A stretch of DNA of 64,000 nucleotides from Enoplolaimus lenunculus (lineage: Eukaryota): contig JASANG010001737.1 of NCBI GenBank assembly GCA_030248215.1, positions 496,001-560,000 of the forward strand, read 5' to 3'. Below the pieces are notes generated by a model that did no database searches, had not been told where the DNA came from, and saw nothing but the letters and a program-made list of their open reading frames with translations. Below, piece after piece: positions 47,001-64,000 of the stretch (within the stretch, counting starts at the first letter, position 1; each line of letters starts with the position of its first letter). A program made the position numbers and the translations under genes.

Positions 47001-47904
47001 GGCACGGCGCTTTGATTGCTGGCGCGTCTGTATTGCATGTTGTTATTGCAAGTTGCATTTTAGTAATGCACATTTCAACTGAACCAAAAGTAAGTGTTGC
47101 AACAAAAAATATTTCTGACGCCACTCGCGTCGAGGAAGCGGGCTGGAAACGAAATTTTTCGAGCATTCTACTAACATTTTTGGCCCCACTGTAGTAAGTT
47201 TTGCTTCAAATTTTTCATTCATGCTTTTGATATCGTGTGCCGAAGCTTGCAGCCCCAATTTCCTAAGGGGATTCGTCGCCGAGGTAAGGGCCTTCGACCT
47301 ATCAGCAGCATTTTTCTATTTGGAAGCTTGGTTGGATTTGACGCCAACAACGGTTTCAGTAACCGGTTGACCGGTACATGGGGCCTCGCGAGGCTTAGCA
47401 ACGAGCGTGTCTTTATTCTAATGCATCTTAATATACAGCTCTTGTCCACTTTTCCTCACATTTACGCGTAGGCTTAGGTTTGCGATGAGGCTTGCTACAC
47501 TATTCCTTAGCCTTTTGCCGAAAACCTAAAAGGTGAATTCAAACTCAAGCCGGAGCCTGGCCCATGTATAGAACAGGGCCGGAACAGTAGCATAAGCATA
47601 TTCCTAAGCCTAAACCTATCGATGAGCCTATTCCTAAGTCTAAGCCTAGGCGGAAGCCAAAGCAAAAAAATTAGTGCAAAGCTTAAACTGACTCTATTAT
47701 AGCCTCTCCAGAAAACGATCCGGCCCTGTTCTATACATGGACCCTGAGCCTTAATCATACAGCTTATTACAGGTGTTGCTATTTGTCATCAAATTACTTC
47801 ACCGAATATCGAAACGGTTATCGAGTGCAACTCTTCAAGCGACTTTATCGCATTACTACATCAACGGAATTATTCCTGATGATATTGGCGAGCAATTTCT
47901 ATAA
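8151..47904 (+). CDS. Sushi/CCP-array adhesion-class (family B2-like) 7TM receptor without GAIN domain; 32 exons, 1690 aa
   Basis: Exons: 8151-8243, 9281-9401, 10575-10829, 12134-12250, 12896-13030, 14357-14614, 15620-15871, 18907-19080, 19800-19985, 20799-20975, 22394-22573, 24537-24713, 26059-26235, 27506-27688, 28763-28939, 30186-30365, 31525-31701, 33553-33741, 35288-35461, 35934-36047, 36998-37114, 37462-37632, 38355-38543, 39507-39695, 40430-40446, 40922-41031, 42023-42122, 43163-43325, 44312-44378, 44841-44993, 46921-47089, 47773-47904. All junction phases are compatible; total 5073 nt with a single terminal stop. The first two exons and the 17-nt microexon are least certain. Confidence 0.85.
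8877..9141. mobile_element. TIR element (family H) with internal CCGTCCGTCA repeats
   Basis: AGGGTTGCGCTACTT...AAGTATAGCACTACCCT inverted ends; related copies near 9486-9627, 19439-19500, 21135-21272. Confidence 0.55.
9281..9401 (+). CDS. Receptor gene exon 2: pro-segment ending ...HVVAKR
   Basis: aacAG acceptor, T|GTAAGT donor, phase 0-1 bridges exon 1 to exon 3; paralog exon ends HKIIKR with the same phase. Confidence 0.65.
10575..10829 (+). CDS. Exon 3: atypical 6-Cys Sushi-like module 1
   Basis: tttc[21 protein letters not shown]...C...C...GCDYPY...C...PYPICS. Confidence 0.85.
10900..11270 (-). mobile_element. tRNA-derived SINE-like element
   Basis: Minus strand GCTCCTATAGCTCAGTGG (A box) ... 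GGAGTTCGAATCCTAGC (B box), followed by a body shared with 5630-5764; 3' boundary approximate. Confidence 0.55.
11473..12073 (-). mobile_element. Family A MITE carrying a nested family B insertion
   Basis: GGCCAGTGTATAGAACAGGG...CCTGATCTTTACATTGGCC interrupted at 11509-11950. Confidence 0.75.
11509..11950. mobile_element. TA-targeting (Tc1/mariner-type) MITE, family B
   Basis: TIR CTGTAGTGACCCGAATAAGAG...CTCTTATTCGGGTCACTACAG flanked by TA; other copies 13891-14330, 29020-29420, 33941-34367, partial at 7061. Confidence 0.85.
12134..12250 (+). CDS. Exon 4: N-terminal half of 6-Cys module 2
   Basis: [45 protein letters not shown] donor. Confidence 0.85.
12896..13030 (+). CDS. Exon 5: C-terminal half of 6-Cys module 2
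   Basis: [44 protein letters not shown]; tttcAG/GTAAGG. Confidence 0.85.
13891..14330. mobile_element. Family B TA-targeting MITE
   Basis: TA|CTGCAGCGACCCGAATAA...TTATTCGGGTCACTACAG|TA. Confidence 0.8.
14357..14614 (+). CDS. Exon 6: 6-Cys module 3
   Basis: [20 protein letters not shown]...WCY...WCHYPY...C...PPVDTTCL; same 258-nt length as paralog exon. Confidence 0.9.
15620..15871 (+). CDS. Exon 7: 6-Cys module 4 (GC donor)
   Basis: [16 protein letters not shown]...ITECH; A|GCAAGT donor; paralog exon has the same 252-nt length. Confidence 0.85.
15908..16240. repeat. 24-bp minisatellite (TTTAGACTCCCATTCAACTGCGGG)n
   Basis: About 13 degenerate tandem units. Confidence 0.85.
16866..17080. 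repeat. (TTTC)n polypyrimidine tract
   Basis: Low-complexity run; source of the F/L/S ORF 16736..17086. Confidence 0.9.
18907..19080 (+). CDS. Exon 8: Sushi/CCP module
   Basis: ICYYVD...[32 protein letters not shown]. Confidence 0.85.
19124..19376. mobile_element. Family C CACTG-ended MITE
   Basis: AT|CACTGTGAATTCC...GGAATTTACAGTG|AT, 2-bp TSD. Confidence 0.8.
19800..19985 (+). CDS. Exon 9: Sushi/CCP module
   Basis: [11 protein letters not shown]...[30 protein letters not shown]. Confidence 0.9.
20429..20500 (+). pseudogene. tRNA-like relic (A box intact, B box degenerate); tRNA pseudogene or SINE head
   Basis: TAGCTCAGTGGTTAGA; CGGA-CCGTTGA-TCCG anticodon-like stem with GTT; T-loop GGATGTGAGCCCC lacks GTTC. 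Confidence 0.35.
20799..20975 (+). CDS. Exon 10: Sushi/CCP module
   Basis: [11 protein letters not shown]...[30 protein letters not shown]. Confidence 0.9.
22394..22573 (+). CDS. Exon 11: Sushi/CCP module (absent from ORF track)
   Basis: [58 protein letters not shown]. Confidence 0.85.
22878..23101. mobile_element. TIR MITE family F
   Basis: CCCATATTCTCAAATGTGTATAGCACCTATCA...TGATAGGTGCTATACGTATTTGAGAATACGGG; related copies near 16460-16678, 27944-28157, 42590-42777, 45945-46164, 60880-61100. Confidence 0.7.
23606..23784 (+). mobile_element. Family A Merlin-like MITE
   Basis: GGCC termini; flanks ATATTTTT/CTATTTTT (7/8 match); TTAGGC core. Confidence 0.8.
24537..24713 (+). CDS. Exon 12: Sushi/CCP module
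   Basis: [11 protein letters not shown]...[30 protein letters not shown]. Confidence 0.9.
26059..26235 (+). CDS. Exon 13: Sushi/CCP module
   Basis: [11 protein letters not shown]...[30 protein letters not shown]. Confidence 0.9.
27506..27688 (+). CDS. Exon 14: Sushi/CCP module
   Basis: [11 protein letters not shown]...[30 protein letters not shown]. Confidence 0.9.
28451..28611 (+). mobile_element. Family A Merlin-like MITE
   Basis: GGCCCATGTAAAGATCAGGGGCGGAAC...GTTCCGCAGCTGTTCTTTACATAAGCC. Confidence 0.75.
28763..28939 (+). CDS. Exon 15: Sushi/CCP module (absent from ORF track)
   Basis: [57 protein letters not shown]. Confidence 0.9.
29020..29420. mobile_element. Family B TA-targeting MITE
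   Basis: TA|CTGTAGTGACCCGAATAAG...CTTATTCGGGTCAATACAG|TA. Confidence 0.8.
29893..30099. mobile_element. CACTG/CACTA-ended MITE family D with GAGTCAAATTTGACTC motifs
   Basis: TA-flanked; other copies 34934-35080 and 56367-56575, both TA|CACTAC...GCAGTG|TA. Confidence 0.7.
30186..30365 (+). CDS. Exon 16: Sushi/CCP module
   Basis: [11 protein letters not shown]...[31 protein letters not shown]. Confidence 0.9.
31211..31372 (+). mobile_element. Family A Merlin-like MITE
   Basis: GGCCCATGTATAGAACAGGGCCGGA...TCCGGCCCTGTTCTATACATGGCCC; flanks CCTAAGCC/CTTAAGCC. Confidence 0.8.
31525..31701 (+). CDS. Exon 17: Sushi/CCP module
   Basis: [11 protein letters not shown]...[30 protein letters not shown]. 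Confidence 0.9.
32941..33445 (-). mobile_element. Family A MITE interrupted by an oppositely oriented (TTAGGC)n array
   Basis: GCCCATGTATAGAAC...GTTCTACACATGGACC ends; insert at 33088-33390. Confidence 0.75.
33088..33390 (+). repeat. Interstitial telomeric-type array (TTAGGC)n, ~50 units with variants
   Basis: Read directly; TTAGGC is the nematode telomere repeat; flanked by TGACT on both sides. Confidence 0.9.
33553..33741 (+). CDS. Exon 18: Sushi/CCP module
   Basis: [11 protein letters not shown]...[34 protein letters not shown]. Confidence 0.9.
33941..34367. mobile_element. Family B MITE
   Basis: CTGTATTGACCCGAATAAGAG...CTCTTATTCGGGTCACTA. Confidence 0.75.
35288..35461 (+). CDS. Exon 19: Sushi/CCP module
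   Basis: [10 protein letters not shown]...[33 protein letters not shown] acceptor. Confidence 0.85.
35934..36047 (+). CDS. Exon 20: N-terminal half of a split Sushi module
   Basis: [44 protein letters not shown]. Confidence 0.85.
36223..36489 (+). mobile_element. Non-autonomous Helitron-like element
   Basis: A|TCTATATATTAAAGCT...hairpin GTTGCACATTTGCGCAAC...CTAG|T; shares CACATACGTATTTTGGGCA with copies at ~38659, ~38893, 41622-41907(-), ~44653, 51890-52066(-), 53872-54004. Confidence 0.75.
36998..37114 (+). CDS. Exon 21: C-terminal half of split Sushi module with extra Cys pair
   Basis: [38 protein letters not shown]; ttttcAG/GTAATT. Confidence 0.8.
37462..37632 (+). CDS. Exon 22: Sushi/CCP module
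   Basis: [55 protein letters not shown]. Confidence 0.85.
38355..38543 (+). CDS. Exon 23: Sushi/CCP module
   Basis: ICEPPKS...[30 protein letters not shown]. Confidence 0.9.
39507..39695 (+). CDS. Exon 24: last Sushi/CCP module
   Basis: [12 protein letters not shown]...[39 protein letters not shown]. Confidence 0.88.
39723..40247. repeat. 51-bp minisatellite, ~10 units with two or three variants
   Basis: TAAACATAACTCAAGTCGACCCTTGACTTAAGTCGATTTAGGACTTTTGAG tandem; source of ORF 39690..40292. Confidence 0.92.
40430..40446 (+). CDS. Exon 25: 17-nt linker microexon (A)KTPRL
   Basis: tctttttAG and GTAAGT; converts phase 1 to phase 0 as required. Confidence 0.65.
40922..41031 (+). CDS. Exon 26: TM1
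   Basis: [36 protein letters not shown]; ttttctAG/GTAAAC, phase 0-2. Confidence 0.8.
41427..41592. mobile_element. TIR element family G (possibly hAT-like)
   Basis: CAGGCGCGTAGCCAGCCCACCTTGCTAGGG...GCTAGGGGCCCG; related copies near 13060-13214, 13505-13653, 28222-28381, 38146-38303, 59168-59330. Confidence 0.6.
42023..42122 (+). CDS. Exon 27: ICL1-TM2
   Basis: (R)[33 protein letters not shown]; tacAG/GTGAGA, phase 2-0. Confidence 0.8.
43163..43325 (+). CDS. Exon 28: TM3-ICL2-start of TM4
   Basis: [54 protein letters not shown], matching the latrophilin-like C..A...F.L..F..M..E.VQ...V.(V/M)F pattern. Confidence 0.88.
43906..44262. mobile_element. AT-rich TIR element family E
   Basis: ACTCTCTAAAAAACTAAAACT...AGTTTAAGCTTTCAGAGAGT; colinear copies at ~57868-58218 and ~61837-62192. 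Confidence 0.7.
44312..44378 (+). CDS. Exon 29: end of TM4 and ECL2
   Basis: (A)[21 protein letters not shown]; ttttcAG/GTAAAC, phase 1-2. Confidence 0.85.
44841..44993 (+). CDS. Exon 30: ECL2 CWL motif, TM5, ICL3
   Basis: (S)[50 protein letters not shown]; tttcAG/GTAAGT, phase 2-2. Confidence 0.88.
46921..47089 (+). CDS. Exon 31: TM6-TM7
   Basis: [56 protein letters not shown] (TW..G of TM6; H....K of TM7 end); tttttAG/GTAAGT. Confidence 0.85.
47559..47743 (-). mobile_element. Family A Merlin-like MITE
   Basis: Flanks CGGAGCCT/CTGAGCCT (7/8 match). Confidence 0.8.
47773..47904 (+). CDS. Exon 32: helix 8 and short cytoplasmic tail
   Basis: [43 protein letters not shown]; tacAG phase 0 gives the family-typical KV junction. 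Confidence 0.75.
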   Translation: MLLFVIKLLHRISKRLSSATLQATLSHYYINGIIPDDIGEQFL

Positions 47905-48065
47905 ACCGGACCTAATCAAATCCTTACCTGTAGCTTCGAAAGTGATACTTGAGGGGACATAGTCCCTGTTAGAACTTTTTTTGGCGATGTTGGAAAACGT
48001 ATGGCTTGGCTTGGTTAGCCTGCGGAATTCCCACATGGTTCAAGTTTAGCGGAAACAAAGCCACC

Positions 48066-48261
48066 GGCCAATGTAAAGAACACTGGCGGAACAGTATTAT
48101 AAGCGTATTCTTAAGCCTAAGCCTAAAGCCTAAGCGTAAGAATGAGCATATTCCTAAGCCTAAGCCTAAGCCTAAGCCGGGCAAAAAATTAGTCTAAAGC
48201 TTAAGCTTACTGTTTTCTAGTCCCACAGAAAAACGTTCTGCCCCTGATTTTTACATGGACC
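48066..48261 (-). mobile_element. Family A Merlin-like MITE
   Basis: Perfect 8-bp TSD AAGCCACC; GG...CC termini. Confidence 0.88.
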
Positions 48262-49062
48262 AAGCCACCCTTCTCTTATATAAGTTTTGCCACGTTAGCG
48301 TTTTTCATTGCGTGCGAATTTTCTGAAATCACCGCGCGCATGGCTGTAGTTAACAATTTTTGGTTTGATCCTGGGAACCTCAAATATACATACATTTAAG
48401 AAATTCGACAAGTTTTGGCCAAACGCCCGTTGAAGTAGAGATGCCTTAAAGTACACCATCTATGAAGCAGAAAATAAACATTCGCTATTTTCTGAATCTA
48501 TTGCCAGTAAACTTTAAACTTATACCATCCTTCAGCAACGATACCTTTTTAACTTCGGTTATATATTTTCTGTAAAACAAGCTACCAAATAAATAAATAA
48601 ATAAATAAATTAATATATATATATAATATATGTGTGTTAATATATATGTGTTAATATTAAAAACATTTTGAATTAATCGGTCCATTTAATAAAACGTTGG
48701 CAGTCGAACTTTGTTCAATTTAACTGAACATTCAATTTGATAGTATTGTATCACGACAATTCGTCGTCCGGCAACTCGTCGACCCATAACTTGTAATCCA
48801 AAATGTCATCGACTCGCCAATTCGTTGCCCATCATCACACTTTTGGCTTAGGCTCAGGATTAAGTATAGGATTATGCTTGGATTTATTTACAAATTTTAT
48901 GACACTGTTGAGCGTTGGGCGCCAATGTTTTGTCGGCCGACGAATTGTCGTAGATTCGTTAATATACTGGAAATCGCGCAACCAAATACTACTATATGAT
49001 ATGAGTTCCTGTACGTTTAGCCATTCTTTCAGAGTTAATGTTGCGTTTGGCTTAAATTTATG

Positions 49063-49251
49063 GGCTAATGTAAAGAACAGGGGCGGAACAGTACTATAAG
49101 CATATTCCTAAACCTAAGCCTAAGCGTAAGCGTAAGAATGAGCATATTCCTAAGCCTAAGCCTGAGCCGAGCAAAAAATTAGCTTAAAACTGAAGCTTAT
49201 TCTATTCTAGTCCCACAGAAAAACGTTACGCCCCTGATCTTTACATGGGCC
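49063..49251 (-). mobile_element. Family A Merlin-like MITE
   Basis: Perfect 8-bp TSD AATTTATG. Confidence 0.88.
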
Positions 49252-50468
49252 AATTTATGCTTACGCTTACGTTTACATTTAGGCTTGTTTCCGATTTTTG
49301 CTACGCGCAAGATCAAATATTCATTAGTACAAATCAGGGCATAATTGGTGGTCTGCCTCTGGCTCCGATTCCGGTGGGTTTTTTGCCGGATGTTTCTGCA
49401 ATTTCGGTTACGAAACTGTATCGTATTTCTGTAAACGGTATGACCATGACTGAGTTAAGTTTGAGACAATTTTGAAAACATTATTATAGTTGACAAAATT
49501 TCTCAGATATTATGCACACACGCTAATTTTGGCCTAGGTATAGATCATGGTTGGACGTGTAAGGTTTTACAGCGAGAATTCCCAGCAGCTGCAACTTGGA
49601 CGAAATACATGAAGCTGCAAGTATTAGCAAGGAAATATCACTTCATTCTGAATCTTGATATAAATATATATATGACTAATTTGCAGACAACTGCAATATA
49701 TATCAAGCGGAAGCTAAATTATCAGTTCAGCAAAACTCGAAATTTCGTGATTTGAAAACGCTTTCATGAAATACATTTTCTATTTACTGCTTTAAAACAT
49801 AAAACTAGCCTCGTCATCATCGCCGTAGACTGCGAAATATCAAATAAGTTTGAAATTTGACATTTCAATTTTCTGCAATACATTTAAAACGTCTGGATTG
49901 TTTCGAAAAGCGTAACAGCATGATTTCAGCTTAGCCAGTCAAAACGCAGCTGCAAGAAATTCAAACCACTTAAAGCTGCGCCCACATGTGGGAATTAAAT
50001 CTGTAAGCATCAATTCCAGTGACTTATTTAGAGCTGCAAAAGAACTTCAAAGCTGTTTTGTGACCGAATTTTCACCTGCAAGTTGTACGTGCAAGGTTTC
50101 GCTGCAAAAACATGCACACGCCAATAGAGCTTTAGACTGTTTTTGCTTAGGCCTTTAAGCTTATGAATATGCTTATACCACTGTTACGGTTCAGATCTAT
50201 TAGCCGGCTGAATTGGTTATAAGACTCCATTTTTGGTTCACCCTTCACAGATGCTAAGCGATCTGCTAGAGAACATACACATCGCCTAAGACAGAGTTTC
50301 TGTACTTGTTTACTTTTCCATCGACATAAAGGCACATTCCACTTATATGAAACTGTGCCTCCGTCTAAAGACCACTCATGGCAATATGCCTCAGCCTAAT
50401 CCTGCACTTAAGCCTAAGCCTGGGGCTGAGCATAAGACTAAAACATAAGCCTAACGCATGTGATAATG

Positions 50469-51321
50469 GGCCCTTGTAGTCAGGTTAAGCTTTAGACAAA
50501 ATTTTTGGCTTAGTCTTAGGCTAGGCTTCGGCTTTAGGATTAGGAATAGGCTCATCCATACGCTTAGGCTTAGGCTTAGGAATAGGCTCATTCATACGCT
50601 TAGGCTTAGGCTTAGGAATAGGCTCATCCATACGCTTAGGCTTAGGCTTAGGAATAGGCTCATCCATACGCTTAGGCTTAGGCTTAGGAATAGGCTCATC
50701 CATACGCTTAGGCTTAGGCTTAGGAATAGGCTCATCCATACGCTTAGGCTTAGGCTTAGGAATAGGCTCATCCATACGCTTAGGCTTAGGCTTAGGAATA
50801 GGCTCATCCATACGCTTAGGCTTAGGAATAGGCTCATCTATACGCTTAGGCTTAGGCTTATGAATAGGCTTATCCATACGCTTAGGCTTAGGCTTAGGAA
50901 TAGGCGCATCCATACGCTTAGGCTTAGGCTTAGGAATAGGCTCATCCATACGCTTAGGCTTAGGCTTAGGAATAGGCTCATCCATACGCTTAAGCTTAGG
51001 CTTAGGAATAGGCTCATCCATACGCTTAGGCTTAGGCTTAGGAATAGGCTCATCCATACGCTTAGGCTTAGGAATAGGCTCATCCATACGCTTAGGCTTA
51101 GACTAAGGAATAGGCCCATCCATACGCTTAGGCTTAGGCTTAGGAATAGTCTCATCCACACGCTTAGGCTTAGGCTTAGGAATAGACTCATCCACACGCT
51201 TAGGCTTAGGCTTAGGAATAGGCTCATCCATACGCTTAGGCTTTAGGCTTAGGCTTAGGTGTAGGTTTAGACTTAGGAATATGCTTATACTACTGTTCCG
51301 GCCTTGTTCTATGCATGGGCC
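50469..51321 (+). mobile_element. Family A MITE whose interior has expanded into a 36-bp satellite
   Basis: Perfect 8-bp TSD TGATAATG; ~20 units of GGAATAGGCTCATCCATACGCTTAGGCTTAGGCTTA. Confidence 0.88.
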
Positions 51322-51889
51322 TGATAATGTAAGAATCTAAACGCTGCGTGGGGACTTTCTCCATCGATTAAATTAGGTCTGAGCAAGTACGGAATTCAAA
51401 CACCTCAGTGCTATCGCAGAAGTATTGACTACGGCAATACATACGACGATCACGGCCAATTTTACTTTTAAGGGCGTAACAGTGGATTTAAACGTATTCC
51501 TAAGCCTAAGCGTTTTAAAAATGTGCTCCTACGGCTAAGTGTAAGCCTAAGCCTAAGCAAAAAATGTAATCTAGAATCTAACCTACTCTTTTATAGATCC
51601 ACCAGAAACCTGGACGCTCCTTAACATGGGCGACCATGACTATTACATGTTCGCCATCACAAATTTATCTCCATGGTGAAGAATATACCTACTAGAACAT
51701 AGGCTGTGGAGCAATAAAAGATTTCAACCACTTAAATATTTTGAAATACGATATATCAATACCTTAACATCCGAAATCATGTGTATTATAAATAATTTAT
51801 TAAAGTTATGGTCAATGTTAGGTACATTTAAGCCTGTAACTATAGATTAACCATCTTGCTACAAGTAATTTTTGTCTAAATAATTGAAA

Positions 51890-52066
51890 CTAGTCAACGT
51901 GGTTGCTAATTTGCAACCCTAAAATATTCCTCACAAAACTTTTAAAGAATGTGCTCTAATTTGCATATATATGTTGTCTCGTATTTATAAATGAAACAAT
52001 CATTACAAACAGCTGTATCGCTGCCCAAAATACGTATGTGGGGTGTTCCAGCTTCAATAGTATAGA
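51890..52066 (-). mobile_element. Helitron-like element
   Basis: Reverse-strand TCTATAC...CACATACGTATTTTGGGCAG...hairpin GTTGCAAATTAGCAAC...CTAG. Confidence 0.6.
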
Positions 52067-53804
52067 TAATAGCGATCCTTTAAATCATGTATTTAAAATG
52101 TAAAAAAAGTAGTTTCTGCATATTGGGATTAATCATTCTTTGCTAGGCGTTTCAATGCGTGGTTAGCTAAGTCAAGGCTAAGAGCTGTTTAGAGACATAT
52201 TGGGGCGACACCCTGCAATCCAAGGGCTTTTCAATGTAGTAGAGGTATTCCCTTATTGATTAAGCCGAGAAGGATTTTACAATGTTATTGTAAGAACCAG
52301 GATTGGTTTTTCGACGCCAGCGACTGCCAGTGAATAGATTTCTGGCGACGCGACTGTCCGAGCATTCATGCAACATTTTTTGTCCAACTTTCTGAAAAAT
52401 AACCTGTGTAAACCTTGTATTTAAAGATATACCTAATCGAGATTTTTAACTTAATATTGGCAGTTGCTAGCGCACCCCCCGTCTTTATCCACAAAACCTG
52501 AAATGAACTAAATAATTTAAATACATTGAATTCGCCGGAAATAAATTTTTCAAACTTAGCAACAAAAGTTGAGCACAATTTAATGTTTGTATATAATTAC
52601 TTTAAAGCTAGGATGCCAAATTGAATTATACAATAAATATGACACAAACACGGTAAAAAATCCATTACTTTTAACGTTAGACTTTTAAAAATAAAGTTTA
52701 CCTCTTTCTGTAAGCTTTTAGACTAAATTATTTGTGGTCAGGTTTGGGTTACGTTTAGGCGTTTTCGAATCCCTATTTATTACTGTAATAACACGAATAA
52801 AACGGGGGCGACTGATATTTATTTTGCAACTACAGTCAATATCCGTTTCACTATTCGGTTGTGCACTGTTATTTATTTGTCAATTCATCTCCAGTTATTT
52901 GTACCACACAACTTCAGTTTTATGCACGCTGTATTCTACAGCTTAGAGGTGCCTAAAAATATACGTTTAAGAGTTGAGCACGCTGCTACGAGCTTAAGGA
53001 ACATTATGCTTTGATTGATAAAATCATTTCGTAATGAAGTTAATATCGTACAGGAAGCATTTATGCAATCCATTTGGGGTAACTGACGTTTAACTATTTT
53101 GAACTCAATCTATTTATGGACTCTAATTAATGAAACAGACTCCTGTTGATTTAGACTCAAAAGAGAGATCAAGGACTTTTATTACCTCGACCTCTTAAAT
53201 TCACCATTCATGTTACGTATACTGCGCTGGCCAATGTGCAACAATTTAAGTTGACCCGCCAAAATTTGAATTTCTCGTCCAAATTTGAATTTGCCGGTAA
53301 AATTTAAATTTCGCGATATAATTGGAAATTTCCAAGAGGAAAATTTCCTGGCCAAAATTTTGAAAAATAAAGAAAAATTTAAAAGTTAAACCCTGCAGTT
53401 CCTAGACATTGACCGTACAATTTGCACTGTATTTTAAAAGGGTGATGTTTTTTACACGCTATTTTTGCCCGGTAGTTTTATTTTGTATTTCATTTGTATA
53501 GCTAGCTAAAGTTTTGTGCATTATTTTTACAGAGTGTTCGTAAATTAGCTAGGTAATAAAATGGCATTTTGAAATTGGCGAGCGCAGTATAACATTGATG
53601 GTGCATTATATGGGTCACTACTATTGTATTTTTGAAATTTTAGAATAATCTATATTAACTTTGTAATTAACATATTCAGCATAGTTTCAAGCTAAGGAAA
53701 GATTTACAATTTTGTATGATGAGGGAAAATATTTAACATGAGATTAGGCCATGCATTAAGTACATGCATTTTTACCGCAAGTTTGATGTGCCCACATTTC
53801 GCAG

Positions 53805-63209
<9,405 letters not shown>

Positions 63210-64000
63210 GTAACTAAACAGCCTTTATCGAATATTTAATGTTGTGAAATTATAGCCAATGTTTACTTTTAGGACCGTAACAGTAGATAAAGCATATTTC
63301 TAAACCTAAGCCTAAGCGTTGAAAAAAGTGTATTTCTAAACTTAATACAAAGCCTAACTGGTAATCGTTGAAAAATGTGTGTTCCTAAGCCTAAGCGTAA
63401 GCCAAAGCGTTAAAAAAGATTATCCCAAGCCTAAGACGAAGCAAAATATGTAGTCCAGCATCTAAGCCTCCTCTTTTACAGACCTATCAGGAACCGACAC
63501 GGCCCTAAAAGTAACATGGGCCAAAATTATTATGTATAAAGACCAGAGTGCAAAGTAACGAACGGCCTTTATCGAGAGTTTAATTTTGAAAAATTGTTTC
63601 ATACAGATTCTTTCGACTTATAAGGTGTAAGTTAAGCTTCAATTTGGGAAGATGTTTTCTAGGAAGATTATGAATTGGTAAATTCAAATTTGGCGCTGCT
63701 GCATACAGTTTGTGTTCTGTGAAAATATTGTAAATAAAGTAATGCTAGAAAGTTGCTTAAAATATATATGGAGCATTCCAGTTTAAATTATACAGATTGG
63801 AAGAATTAGTTTTGAAATATGCAATAGACCAATAACCTACTGTTTTACTCAAACCAAATTTTTCGTACGTACCTGCATGCTCAAATATAGGGATAACATG
63901 ACGCATATCTGATCAAAATTTTACCACCACTATTTTCAGACAGTTATTGGCCCATGTAACGATCAGGGGCGGAACGTTTTTCTGTGTGACTAGAATAGAA

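Noticed and set aside
2041..47904. A single latrophilin-like gene containing both OLF and 7TM
   Set aside because: The OLF exon ends in a stop followed by AATAAA, and the downstream gene has its own signal-peptide exon
50521..51246. ORFs MDEPIPKPKPKR / LSLSLSVWM / LRLRLRN
   Set aside because: Translations of a 36-bp satellite inside a TSD-flanked MITE
52734..53560. Signal-peptide first exon of the paralog
   Set aside because: The hydrophobic stretches examined either hit stops or lack phase-compatible donors; the start remains unresolved

Overview
AT-rich, intron-rich eukaryotic DNA, very probably from a nematode (TTAGGC telomere-type repeats throughout; lineage inferred, not proven). Splicing exons by hand (GT/GC-AG boundaries, continuous reading phase) gives three + strand genes. 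(1) The last three exons of an olfactomedin-domain gene (2041-4480). (2) An apparently complete 32-exon gene (8151-47904; 5073 nt CDS, 1690 aa) encoding a signal peptide, a short pro-segment ending in KR, four atypical 6-Cys Sushi-like modules, 16 further Sushi/CCP modules, a ~20-aa linker and a divergent adhesion/secretin-class (family B2, latrophilin-like) 7TM domain, with no room for a GAIN/GPS domain. (3) The 5' part of a colinear tandem paralog (about 53805 to the window end). Introns hold non-autonomous DNA transposons (Merlin-like MITEs with 8-bp TSDs and TTAGGC cores, TA-targeting MITEs, CACTG-ended MITEs, Helitron-like elements), a tRNA-derived SINE-like family and several minisatellites. 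Most of the supplied ORFs are spurious or intron read-through of single exons.
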